Source of the DNA: an uncultured virus (IMG/VR IMGVR_UViG_3300028920_000031)
Lineage: Duplodnaviria > Heunggongvirae > Uroviricota > Caudoviricetes
Virus record (IMG/VR): IMGVR_UViG_3300028920_000031
Direction: 5' to 3' (one strand)
Length of the DNA: 38,907 nucleotides
Positions 9,060 through 17,078 of this stretch are shown piece by piece. A program made the translations under genes and the position numbers. The stretch's first letter is position 1; each line of letters begins with the position of its first letter. The notes beneath the pieces are model-generated. The model did not search any database. It was not told the DNA's origin and worked only from the letters and a program-made list of their open reading frames with translations.

Positions 9060-9187
9060 TAGAAATCTCCTTCAAGTCCTGTCTTGTCCCTGTGTTTACA
9101 CGTACAACAGGGGAAAGACAAGCAGTCCAGCTCCTCGTCGGCTAGCTCAAACTTGTCGTCTGAACACGTCCGTTCTTGCAATGCCAT
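9059..9187 (-). CDS. small Cys-rich protein (42 aa, not in ORF track)
   Basis: MALQERTCSDD...PCCTCKH; TAATG coupling to the next gene. Confidence 0.45.
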   Translation of the reverse strand: MALQERTCSDDKFELADEELDCLSFPCCTCKHRDKTGLEGDF

Positions 9188-9219
9188 TGCCTTGCCTTTC
9201 TGTCTTGGCCGACGAAAAT

Positions 9220-9279
9220 CGCCAACCAAGATATTCACGGTACGCGGACAAGCCGCGCCCGTGATGTCAGTCGTGGGGT
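9220..9279 (+). repeat. attC-like site (R' degenerate)
   Basis: CGCCAAC-N5-TATTCACG...CGTGATG-N6-GTGGGGT; internal stem; 60 bp. Confidence 0.65.
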
Positions 9280-9404
9280 TTGCGGAAGCGTCCGCGCAAC
9301 CACGGCACGATCAGCTTCCAAAACATCGTCGCCAACACTACCCCGTAGATCACTCCACGGACGTAGAAATAGCGAGGATCTTCCATTGTCCAATCTGTAA
9401 ACAT
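9267..9404 (-). CDS. small membrane protein (45 aa, not in ORF track)
   Basis: RBS GGAAGGA; MFTDWTMEDPRYFYVRGVIYGVVLATMFWKLIVPW...; stop lies inside the attC-like site. Confidence 0.55.
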   Translation of the reverse strand: MFTDWTMEDPRYFYVRGVIYGVVLATMFWKLIVPWLRGRFRKPHD

Positions 9405-9433
9405 GTTTTCCTTCCCGTCTTGGCAGGGCCGAA

Positions 9434-9491
9434 ACCTAACCAAGATATTGAGCGGACGTGATATGCGCGCCGCTCATGTTATTCGTTGGAT
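9434..9491 (+). repeat. attC-like site (59-base element)
   Basis: ACCTAAC-N5-TATTGAGC...GCTCATG-N6-GTTGGAT; RYYYAAC and GTTRRRY cores; extra bases in the left arm; 58 bp. Confidence 0.8.
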
Positions 9492-9712
9492 GCTCGCACA
9501 TCGTTGGATGTCAGCGATTGCAGCGTATCTACAATCACGTCGATTATCGCGTCAAACGTTTCGGCGTCCTGCTTGCAGCGAAAGTATGCGAGCGGCTCAA
9601 GCGTCGTGCCATGCATGCGGTAGAGGCACGGCGTCTTGCGATTCGGGAGTCGCGTCACGCCAAACTCAATTTTTCCGTGCGGGCCTTCGATTCTGCAGCT
9701 TTGATGTGCCAT
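9479..9712 (-). CDS. cassette-like hypothetical protein (77 aa)
   Basis: RBS AGGAGG; stop lies inside attC 9434-9491. Confidence 0.65.
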   Translation of the reverse strand: MAHQSCRIEGPHGKIEFGVTRLPNRKTPCLYRMHGTTLEPLAYFRCKQDAETFDAIIDVIVDTLQSLTSNDVRASNE

Positions 9713-9957
9713 CAGTGGTCCTCCTGCCGTAGGCGGCCGCGTGCCTCACGCAACTCTGCGTTATGAATACGATTACTGCGTTTTGCGTGTGCTCTACGCA
9801 TGTCGTCAAGGATCTCCATTGCAGCCGTGAAGCCGCCCTGAAACGTTTCAATTTCTTCCTCGTTTCTAGGTTCGTCCTCCATCAGCAATTGTATCGCCTT
9901 CTTTAGCTGTGTGTATTCGTGCTTAGTCATAACAAATTGCTCCACTCTGACGCTCAA
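9712..9957 (-). CDS. cassette-like hypothetical protein (~81 aa)
   Basis: Core bounded by GTTATGA (9760) and TCATAAC (9927); start may be the internal ATG near 9930. Confidence 0.6.
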   Translation of the reverse strand: MSVRVEQFVMTKHEYTQLKKAIQLLMEDEPRNEEEIETFQGGFTAAMEILDDMRRAHAKRSNRIHNAELREARGRLRQEDH

Positions 9958-9996
9958 TCGCTGTGCTCTTTCGCGCAGGTGGGCATGATGTTCAGC
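9927..9996 (+). repeat. attC-like site
   Basis: TCATAAC-N5-GCTCCACT...GGTGGGC-N5-GTTCAGC; 70 bp. Confidence 0.7.
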
Positions 9997-10307
9997 CTAT
10001 CCCACGCATCCAGTTCGCAGAGCATGTCCTCGCTGACAACGCGCATACCGGGGTCTTCGCAGCCCTCCACCCAATATCCGCCGTCGTGGTCGTACCGCTC
10101 GCACGAGTATTCGATGTCCAGTCGGTGAACCTTGCATTCATCCGGCAAATTGTCCGGTTCGGCCAACGTGTAGGAGTCGAACGGACCGCCGTATGTCGGG
10201 ACCATGCCGCGCTCGGGGTGTTCGATCCACATGAAGAACGGTCTCAGCGTAATGGGGTCTCTGTCGGGACACCAAGGCTGAACAACCGAATCGACGTTAT
10301 CATTCAT
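9954..10307 (-). CDS. cassette-like hypothetical protein (117 aa)
   Basis: DPITLRPFFMWIEHPERGMVPTYGGPFDSYT; start and stop both lie inside flanking attC-like sites. Confidence 0.7.
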   Translation of the reverse strand: MNDNVDSVVQPWCPDRDPITLRPFFMWIEHPERGMVPTYGGPFDSYTLAEPDNLPDECKVHRLDIEYSCERYDHDGGYWVEGCEDPGMRVVSEDMLCELDAWDRLNIMPTCAKEHSD

Positions 10308-10349
10308 TCCGCTTCGCTCCCTTCTTGAAATTCAACTTGATCGTTGGCG
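10277..10349 (+). repeat. attC-like site (L boxes degenerate)
   Basis: GCTGAAC...GTTGGCG cores; GCTTCGCT loop; R'' exactly complements the previous R' GTTCAGC. Confidence 0.5.
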
Positions 10350-10600
10350 CGACGATTCCAAAGTGCAACTGCTTCTTCGTCGGTTCGTACATCGCAGTTT
10401 GTGCCTCCCCGCTCGTCTTGCTCCATCACGAAACCGGGACAGTTTGCATCCTTGCAGGAAGGATGTCGCCATGGGTTGCGAGAGGGGAAGTCGTTCTTGA
10501 CGATCTCGGCATCTCCGCCACAGAAAGGGCACGGCAACAAATCAGTGGGGGTTGTCCCCATTCCGCCGCTTGTTTCTCGCTCTGCCATTTCAAACCTCAC
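10304..10600 (-). CDS. Lar-like zinc-finger protein in a cassette
   Basis: LLPCPFCGG...C...C...EEAVALWNRRA. Confidence 0.75.
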   Translation of the reverse strand: MRFEMAERETSGGMGTTPTDLLPCPFCGGDAEIVKNDFPSRNPWRHPSCKDANCPGFVMEQDERGGTNCDVRTDEEAVALWNRRANDQVEFQEGSEAE

Positions 10601-10614
10601 TTTTAGCGTTCGAC
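10532..10614 (+). repeat. attC-like site
   Basis: CGGCAAC-N5-AGTGGGGG...CCTCACT-N6-GTTCGAC; 83 bp. Confidence 0.6.
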
Positions 10615-10889
10615 TGTTTGATGTGGTCTTTCATTTTTCGCCTCCAGAGTCGCCGACAATCTCATCGGACGCGACGTCGTTATCGCGTCGCGGCCCATGG
10701 AGGACGGACTGACTGCACTTCTGACACGCACCGGCCAAATGGTTTGTCATCTGAAGGCACTCGTCACAAAAAAGCAACTCGTAGCGGTCGGCAATCGAGC
10801 TGCCGGCTTCAAGCGACGACTGAGGCCGTGCCGCTGCCAACTTGGATGCTGGGGCGACAGGGTGATTAGCCCTGCCGCCCGTGGTTGTG

Positions 10890-11033
10890 CTACCTGACAA
10901 TGCCAGCAGCCCGCATCGCATTGGCCGCGTTCACGGCTGCCTGCGTGAATTTCAACGCATCGTCAGCCTTGCAGTCCTTGCTGGCCGCTTTCTCCGCGTT
11001 GACCTGCACCGCTTTCTTCAGTGCGTCTTTCAT
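10890..11033 (-). CDS. small helical protein (47 aa, not in ORF track)
   Basis: RBS GGGAGGT; MKDALKKAVQVNAEKAASKDCKADDALKFTQAAVNAANAMRAAGIVR. Confidence 0.6.
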   Translation of the reverse strand: MKDALKKAVQVNAEKAASKDCKADDALKFTQAAVNAANAMRAAGIVR

Positions 11034-11091
11034 GGGGTTCTACCTCCCATTACTGCCCCGTATTGTTGCTGCGCCTGTCGGGTGGGGCATG

Positions 11092-11148
11092 CCCCAACAA
11101 GGCGCTTCAAGTGACGCCTAAAGGTGTGTTTGAGCTTGATCGTTAGCC
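11092..11148 (+). repeat. attC-like site
   Basis: CCCCAAC-N5-GCTTCAAG...TTTGAGC-N6-GTTAGCC; 57 bp. Confidence 0.75.
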
Positions 11149-11351
11149 TTCTCATTCCGGCGCATCCTCGCATTCCAGGCATCGCGCCAACCGAACGTGA
11201 TTGCGCCAACATCAATCAGCCATAGTTTGCCGATGCCGTCAACGCCAGAAATGCCCCAGCGCACTGCGTACCAGTTGCTCCGGAAAAAGCAAGGAAAGGG
11301 CCGAAAACACAACACGCAGTGGCTAACCAGCCGATTCGCTATCGCTCGCAT
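11118..11351 (-). CDS. cassette-like hypothetical protein (77 aa)
   Basis: RBS AAGGGAGA; core bounded by GTTAGCC (11142) and GGCTAAC (11321). Confidence 0.55.
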   Translation of the reverse strand: MRAIANRLVSHCVLCFRPFPCFFRSNWYAVRWGISGVDGIGKLWLIDVGAITFGWRDAWNARMRRNEKANDQAQTHL

Positions 11352-11363
11352 ATGATCTCTCCC

Positions 11364-11552
11364 TTACCATGTTCGATCGCGCAACGGCACTCGTTTCAGC
11401 CTGTTCTTTGCCTTGCGAAACTCGCGCTGCACACGGTCAAATGCCGCCTTTCCGCCTGTCGTCATGGCCTCTGCCGTTTCTGTTCGCAGGGCGTCAAGTT
11501 CTGGCATGGTTTTAGTGTTTCGGATCTTCGTTGTCATCGTCTCAATATTCAT
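11364..11552 (-). CDS. hypothetical protein (62 aa)
   Basis: Helical basic protein; operonic packing. Confidence 0.6.
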   Translation of the reverse strand: MNIETMTTKIRNTKTMPELDALRTETAEAMTTGGKAAFDRVQREFRKAKNRLKRVPLRDRTW

Positions 11553-11561
11553 GGTTGTTTC

Positions 11562-12032
11562 TCAGTTTCGCTCTTGACAGGTCGAATTGCAACCGTGCCA
11601 GTCGAGCACGCGCTTGATGCCCGGTTCTATTGCTTCGATCGTGCGACAGAGCATTTCGGCATAGATCTCGTTGTTTGTTGTCTCTATCGCATCGGCGGCC
11701 TCGAAGATTTCCTTGCGCGTCCTTCTTCTCCTGTATTCGAATTGGCGATTCATCGGGCATCTTTCGGGGACGCCCCATTTCCACGGCTCCCACGGACATG
11801 CGAGTCCGACCGAGCCGGTGAGCACTCGGGAACGGTGCTGTTCGGCCTCGCCGCGAGGGCATCGGATCCAGCCGCGGTTCTCGGCGTCCTCCTCGATCAT
11901 CCGTTTGACCGACATGAGGTTTTTGAGGGACGCCTCCGTCTCCTCGATCCGCTTCTGAAGCTTTTCGGCTAGCACGGCCAGTTCCCGGCTTTCTCGGGGT
12001 CCGGAAATATTGTCGAGGTCGGGCCGCGTCAT
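11562..12032 (-). CDS. hypothetical protein (156 aa)
   Basis: ATGA overlap; RBS AAGGA. Confidence 0.6.
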   Translation of the reverse strand: MTRPDLDNISGPRESRELAVLAEKLQKRIEETEASLKNLMSVKRMIEEDAENRGWIRCPRGEAEQHRSRVLTGSVGLACPWEPWKWGVPERCPMNRQFEYRRRRTRKEIFEAADAIETTNNEIYAEMLCRTIEAIEPGIKRVLDWHGCNSTCQERN

Positions 12033-12313
12033 TTCTGTTCCTTGAGGTACACGTATGTTTCGTCGCCGCCAACAACGACGAACCTCTTGCCGCCGTGCAT
12101 CAGGGTGTCGCCTTCGACGAGCTCGATTTCTTCGAAGTCGCCGTTCGGAGCGATGCTTTCGCATTTCGAACATGTCTTTTTCGTGGCAGGCTTGTCCCTC
12201 AGCTTTGTTCTTTTGAGCCTTACGGCTCCGCAGAGGGCGGTGAGGCCCTTGTTTTCGAACAGGTGGGAAACGCCCTTGACCGTCGCCCATTTCATGCCAT
12301 TTTTTCCGCTCAT
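12029..12313 (-). CDS. zinc-binding hypothetical protein (94 aa)
   Basis: H...ALCG...CSKC pattern. Confidence 0.65.
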   Translation of the reverse strand: MSGKNGMKWATVKGVSHLFENKGLTALCGAVRLKRTKLRDKPATKKTCSKCESIAPNGDFEEIELVEGDTLMHGGKRFVVVGGDETYVYLKEQK

Positions 12314-12355
12314 TTTTGTTTTCCTCGGGAATTTCGCGCTTTTAAGCTTCAGTTG

Positions 12356-12766
12356 TCAGCGAGAGTCGCCATTGGCATTGTTCCGCCTTGAAGTTTTCTT
12401 GTCGAACCACTTTCTGAAATCTCTTGCCGCCCGCGACATCTCTTCCGTACACCAGTCGTCGTCGAGCATCTTGAGAAATGCCGCGCTGGCCTTCTGATTC
12501 AGTCGCAGCGTATGCCCCGGGATCAGGCCGTCTTCCGGATCCCAGTTGTCCATGATCGTCCTTGCCGCCTCGAGCAGATGGCCCAGGGCTCTCGGCCCCT
12601 TGACGTCGAGGATCCATTGTGCGATTCTTGTCGAGGCCTCGGCGGCGGCCTCCTCGTCGGAGCCGCTTCCTCGCTTGAGCTCGGCGTATTTGGTATTGCC
12701 GAGGATGTGCCGGAGTTCGCGCCTGTAGTATAGTGCGGCTTCGGAAAAGCCGGGTTCCCTGTTCAT
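12356..12766 (-). CDS. hypothetical protein (136 aa)
   Basis: RBS GGAGG; ATGA overlap. Confidence 0.7.
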   Translation of the reverse strand: MNREPGFSEAALYYRRELRHILGNTKYAELKRGSGSDEEAAAEASTRIAQWILDVKGPRALGHLLEAARTIMDNWDPEDGLIPGHTLRLNQKASAAFLKMLDDDWCTEEMSRAARDFRKWFDKKTSRRNNANGDSR

Positions 12767-13149
12767 TGTTCTTCCTCCAAGCCCAGCTTGGCGGCCACTC
12801 GAGCGAGACTGTTCACAGTCTTGCGGTTCGTTTCGCCCAGGGGTCTGTCGGTCATCGAGGGGACGAAGATCTGGTCGCCTTCCGAGGGCAAATTGTCTAG
12901 GTAGTCGCCGTAGGCATAGACTTCCGCCATTTTGGCCAGCGCCTCGAAAAGCACGGCAAATATTGTTTCTTTGTCGAAGAGTTTGGCCTTGTCGAAATAG
13001 TCGGCCACGAGCTGCCTTATCTCGTCCGGCTCTCTGGTTTCGGCCAGCAGCATTTCCACGAGGTCGCGCGAGCGCCGGTCGCAGGCGTTCGCCCTGGGAT
13101 CGCCAGATGTCTTTTCGAAGCGGTAGCGGCTTTCGTCGTCTTCAGGCAT
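12763..13149 (-). CDS. hypothetical protein (128 aa)
   Basis: RBS AAGGA; operonic packing. Confidence 0.7.
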   Translation of the reverse strand: MPEDDESRYRFEKTSGDPRANACDRRSRDLVEMLLAETREPDEIRQLVADYFDKAKLFDKETIFAVLFEALAKMAEVYAYGDYLDNLPSEGDQIFVPSMTDRPLGETNRKTVNSLARVAAKLGLEEEQ

Positions 13150-13369
13150 GTCGTTTTTCCTTGTTCCATTTGAGCGGCGTCCATCTCGCGACGAACCTGT
13201 CGGCTTCCCAGGGCGACTCTAGAATGAACGCCTCGTCAACGACGACTTCGAGCCGTTCGGTCCATGTGGCGGTTTCGAGCCAGCGGACCTCGTCGCCGAT
13301 GGTCAGGGGGAGCCAGAGAAACGCAGTTCTCCGGCGGACGTCGCCCTCTTGCGGAATCTTCCGTCTCAC
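13142..13369 (-). CDS. hypothetical protein (75 aa)
   Basis: GTGA overlap; AFLWLPLTIGDEVRWLE segment. Confidence 0.6.
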   Translation of the reverse strand: MRRKIPQEGDVRRRTAFLWLPLTIGDEVRWLETATWTERLEVVVDEAFILESPWEADRFVARWTPLKWNKEKRHA

Positions 13370-13953
13370 GTGTTCGGCTCCTCTATTTCTGGCCACGCGG
13401 CTCCTCTCATGTTCTGAAGAGCCTTGAGGCAGTTGTCGGCATGTCCGTTGTCGTCCGCGGAGCCGGTGTTGGCGAGGCGCCGCTTCATCCTGTCGAAAAA
13501 CGGCTTGACGGCGTTTTCGAAGGCTTCGGCGACGTCCTTCTGCTCCAGCAGGGGCTCGCCGTGGCGGTCGCGCCTGAGCTTCCCGCTCTTTTTTAGTTGC
13601 CGCATCTGCTCGACCACGCAGTTGCGGGCCTTGCAAACGTTCGTCTGGCGGAAGCCTATGAAGTCCGGATCGTTCGTCCGCATCCTTTCCGCTTCGTCGG
13701 AAACCCGCTGAAGGAGCCTGCAGTAGCCGATCGTCGGCGGCGGGGGCTGAGGCTGTTTCGGAGGGGCCTGGGCTGCCCGCCTCCAGGCTTTGACGGCGAG
13801 CTTCTTCGAGCTTCTCTTGGGTCCGCGGGCGTCACAACTCTTGTTGACGCATACCACCCTGTACCCGTCCTTGACACGCCGTCCCGAACGGATCGACGTG
13901 AAGTCCATGTGCACGGCTTCGGCCGTATTTTTTCCGCAAAACGGGCAAATCAT
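13366..13953 (-). CDS. protein with N-terminal Lar-like zinc finger (195 aa)
   Basis: ICPFCG...VVCVNKSCDARGP...AVKAW. Confidence 0.75.
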   Translation of the reverse strand: MICPFCGKNTAEAVHMDFTSIRSGRRVKDGYRVVCVNKSCDARGPKRSSKKLAVKAWRRAAQAPPKQPQPPPPTIGYCRLLQRVSDEAERMRTNDPDFIGFRQTNVCKARNCVVEQMRQLKKSGKLRRDRHGEPLLEQKDVAEAFENAVKPFFDRMKRRLANTGSADDNGHADNCLKALQNMRGAAWPEIEEPNT

Positions 13954-13981
13954 GAAAGCAGCCCTTCTGTTTAACTATCGT

Positions 13982-14010
13982 AGTGTAGCGCATGTCATGC
14001 AGATGTCAAG
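13982..14010 (-). promoter_or_regulatory. sigma70-like promoter (copy 4)
   Basis: CTTGACA-N16-TACACT. Confidence 0.7.
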
Positions 14011-14230
14011 TCAGTCGGCGGGAATTTTAGGCGTTTGCCCTGGCTATCGACTCCATGTATTCCCGGAGGCAATCGGCGCAGACGTTCTTCGGGCCGTCGA
14101 TATCGCCGCTCCACCTGATGTCGATCGCGGCATAGGAGGCACGGTCGTCGTCCATTGTTAGGTTTGTGCCTTCTGTTGTGCGTATCAGCGGCACGTCCTT
14201 GCGGCGGCAGGCGTCGCAGCGGCCTCATAG

Positions 14231-15370
14231 CTAGTTTTCACATCTGGCTTTCATGGCGGAAGCCATCGTCTTTGCGATTGCGGTCACCAGCGGCACGACT
14301 ACCGAATTGCCGAACTGTCTGTAGGCTTGGGTGTCTGAAACCACGATCTTAAAGTCCTTAGGGAATCCCATAAGGCCGGCACATTCTCGGGGAGTCAGTC
14401 GGCGCGGATTGGATCCATTGGGCATTTCGACGAGAATCTCGGAACCGTCCTTATGATAGCGGGCGCTCAGGGTCCGTGCGACGGAGTCGCCGTCCACCAG
14501 GCCGAATCCAAATCCATTGCCCTTCTTGCGGTGCTTTTCGGCATAGTCCTGAAGATACTGCCACATGTGGTCGCTGAGCACGTACTTGTCGTTCGCCTTC
14601 GGGTCAAGAATCTCCCCGAGGGTTGGCTTGGTCCCGGGCGGTTTCGGGAATTCGAACTTCGGCTTGCTGCCGAAGGTCTTTTTCAGCAAACCGACAAGGA
14701 AGATTCTCTCGCGGTGCTGCGGGACGTAGGGCTTCGCGTCCAGGACTTCATGAAAAACCTCGTAGCCCAGCTCCTTCAACGTGCCTTCGATGGTCCTGAA
14801 CGTGTCGCCTTTGTTGTGGCTTTTCAGGTTCTTGACGTTCTCAAGCAGGAACATCTTGGGCTGCTTCTTTTCAAGGATCTCGGCGACGTGGAAGAAAAGA
14901 GTGCCCTGGGTTTTGTCCTTGAAGCCGTGCTCCCTGCCAAGGGAGTTCTTTTTCGATACGCCCGCGAGCGAGAACGGCTGGCAAGGGAAACCGCCGACAA
15001 GAATGTCGTGGTCCGGTATCTGAGCCTTGATCTCAGGCTGAGTGATGTCCCCCTTCGGGAAGTCTCGGAAGTTGGCGGAGTAGGTCAGCCGCGCGAACTT
15101 GTCCCATTCAGACGAGAAAACGCATCCGCCCCCGGCGGCCTCGAAAGCGAGACGGGTGCCGCCGATCCCCGCGAACAGATCTATGAATGTGAAATCGGCC
15201 GCCTCGAGACGATCTTGCCTGCCTGCGTCAAAGAGCCTTTCCAAGCCGATCTCGGCCACTTCTGAAAGCGCGGTTTCCGTGAATTCGCGCAGGCTCAGGT
15301 TGTGCTGTTTGGCCACATGTTTTAGTTGCTTGTGGAGTTTGTCGCCGATTTCGAAATTGAGTTGTGTCAT
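14231..15370 (-). CDS. dcm: DNA (cytosine-5) methyltransferase, Dcm/EcoRII-like, with a putative N-terminal ribbon-helix-helix domain
   Basis: [59 protein letters not shown]. Confidence 0.93.
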   Translation of the reverse strand: MTQLNFEIGDKLHKQLKHVAKQHNLSLREFTETALSEVAEIGLERLFDAGRQDRLEAADFTFIDLFAGIGGTRLAFEAAGGGCVFSSEWDKFARLTYSANFRDFPKGDITQPEIKAQIPDHDILVGGFPCQPFSLAGVSKKNSLGREHGFKDKTQGTLFFHVAEILEKKQPKMFLLENVKNLKSHNKGDTFRTIEGTLKELGYEVFHEVLDAKPYVPQHRERIFLVGLLKKTFGSKPKFEFPKPPGTKPTLGEILDPKANDKYVLSDHMWQYLQDYAEKHRKKGNGFGFGLVDGDSVARTLSARYHKDGSEILVEMPNGSNPRRLTPRECAGLMGFPKDFKIVVSDTQAYRQFGNSVVVPLVTAIAKTMASAMKARCEN

Positions 15371-15465
15371 CGTTGATCGTCTGTTTTCGCGGGCGGCGAC
15401 ATGTGTCGTAGCGATCCCGCAGTGATTTGCGGCCTCCTCTCCAGCTGGTCCTCGCCTTGCCTTTC

Positions 15466-16032
15466 CTACGTATTGTACCAGAGGACGTGCGTCGCCCAGT
15501 CTGGAAATTCGCGGTCTTCGGCCTGCGACGGCGAGACCGTGTCGTCGCTCATCTGGTCTTCAGTGGCGAGGCACCCCCAGCCGTCCTCGTCCGTGAATGA
15601 GCCGTTTGAGCCGTTTTTGACGCATTCCTTCTATTCCTCGATCGTGAACAGGGTGCCGGTACCGTCGAGAGGCCTCAGTTTCGGCTCCTCGTCGAACTCG
15701 ATCCTGAATTCCAAGTCGAGTTTCTCCAGTTCCTCGAGGACACGCTTCTTCATCTTGTCCCGGCCGTCGGTGCCAAACGTGTTTTCAAGCATCCAGCGGG
15801 ACGAGCAATTTTCTTGGTCCTTGGCGCGGATCTTTCCGTCCACCTGCCAGCCGCCGGGGAAGTCCATGCAGACTTCGAGGACGCTCTGCATGAAGTCGTC
15901 CAGGCGCCTGTAGACCAGGACTGCCTTGACATGTTTTTCGGTGATCCACGGCTTGTCGTGCAAGCGTTCGTCGGAAATGGTGCTGACGAGCCTGTACAGC
16001 CCCTTTTCGTTGGTTGTTATCTTCAGTCCCAT
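15466..16032 (-). pseudogene. hypothetical gene with an internal TAG at 15631-15633
   Basis: 133-aa ORF continues in frame after the TAG for 54 more protein-like codons (KECVKNG...THVLWYNT). Confidence 0.55.
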
Positions 16033-16059
16033 TCCTGCTCTCCCATTACTAGCACTTTA

Positions 16060-16114
16060 TGTTTACGATCTTCGCGCCAGAAAGCCCACGGCTTCAGTCG
16101 TGGGAGGATGTCAA
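16060..16114 (+). mobile_element. solo IS200/IS605-type end (hairpin plus GATGTCAA)
   Basis: AAAGCCCACGGCTTCAGTCGTGGGAGGATGTCAA resembles an IS605 subterminal hairpin and right end; left limit approximate. Confidence 0.6.
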
Positions 16115-16500
16115 CAGCCATCTGGTGTCGATCGCCTTTCCTTTTCCGCTTTTTCAAGCGTCTCTTCCATGTCCTCGGGCGGGGCAATCTGCTCGACATT
16201 GCGCTTCTCCTGCATGAGAAGCTCCCAAATGATTGAACCGGACTTGAACGTCGCAATCAGTTTGTCGAGCTTTTCGAGATAGGCTTTTCGCCTTCGGATT
16301 TCATCGAGGCTCCATACGGCATCGGCATCGATCCAGCGATTTTCCCCGGATCCGTTGAGCAGTTCGATTCTGTACATGCCGTTCGGATATAGAGAGCTGT
16401 CGCGATCGAATTCGCATATCGTACCGAACACGGTCGACTCGATGAGCGTCGTGGCGATCAGGCCGCCGACATGATATGCGCCCTTTTTGAATCTTTTCAT
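16111..16500 (-). CDS. hypothetical protein (129 aa)
   Basis: ATGA overlap; RBS AAGGA. Confidence 0.65.
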   Translation of the reverse strand: MKRFKKGAYHVGGLIATTLIESTVFGTICEFDRDSSLYPNGMYRIELLNGSGENRWIDADAVWSLDEIRRRKAYLEKLDKLIATFKSGSIIWELLMQEKRNVEQIAPPEDMEETLEKAEKERRSTPDGC

Positions 16501-16910
16501 TTTTTCCTTTTTTCCTTTTTGCGGTTCTGTAGAGTGCGGTTGTCCTGATCTTTAAAGGGTCTGCTGTCGTATTCGCACGTCGACCATTCTCCCTCGGACT
16601 CGCGGCAGAACTGATTCTTGCAGGGTCCGAATTTGTCGCCTCGGACGATACACCATTCGGGCTGGGCGGCTGCCTGCGCATGGCGCTCGGCATGCGGGCA
16701 ATGGTTTGGGACCTTGTCGATGGGATAGTGTCCGTCTCCTTCGCCGTCGACGCCGACGGAATGATCGCCCGGACACTCGACTCTTCCTTCCGACCAGCTG
16801 ACGTCGTCGCATGCATTCCAGGCGAAACATCCGCCATAGCGCCGCTCCGCTATGTCGTTGATGCAATCTTGGCATACTTTTTTGCAGAGCGGGGCGTCAT
16901 TCCTGTCCAT
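16497..16910 (-). CDS. Cys-rich hypothetical protein (137 aa)
   Basis: RBS AAGGAGA; many Cys residues. Confidence 0.65.
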   Translation of the reverse strand: MDRNDAPLCKKVCQDCINDIAERRYGGCFAWNACDDVSWSEGRVECPGDHSVGVDGEGDGHYPIDKVPNHCPHAERHAQAAAQPEWCIVRGDKFGPCKNQFCRESEGEWSTCEYDSRPFKDQDNRTLQNRKKEKRKK

Positions 16911-17076
16911 CTGTTCTCTCCTTCAGTAGCAGGGGGATCTCTGCTGAGGGAGCGCATCCCTCCAGCACGAGAGCGACTCTTTGTAGGATGCGAGCAGTCT
17001 CCGAGAGGCATTCCTCGACGCTGTAGCTGTCGACCAGTTGCCGCTGAATTTCCTGGATGTAGCACATCATTTCCAT
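16897..17076 (-). CDS. hypothetical protein (59 aa)
   Basis: RBS GGAG; fills the gap between neighbouring genes. Confidence 0.5.
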   Translation of the reverse strand: MEMMCYIQEIQRQLVDSYSVEECLSETARILQRVALVLEGCAPSAEIPLLLKERTDGQE

Positions 17077-17078
17077 TG

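Noticed and set aside
9102..9174. Additional attC-like site
   Set aside because: Partial inverted repeat only; core spacing does not fit
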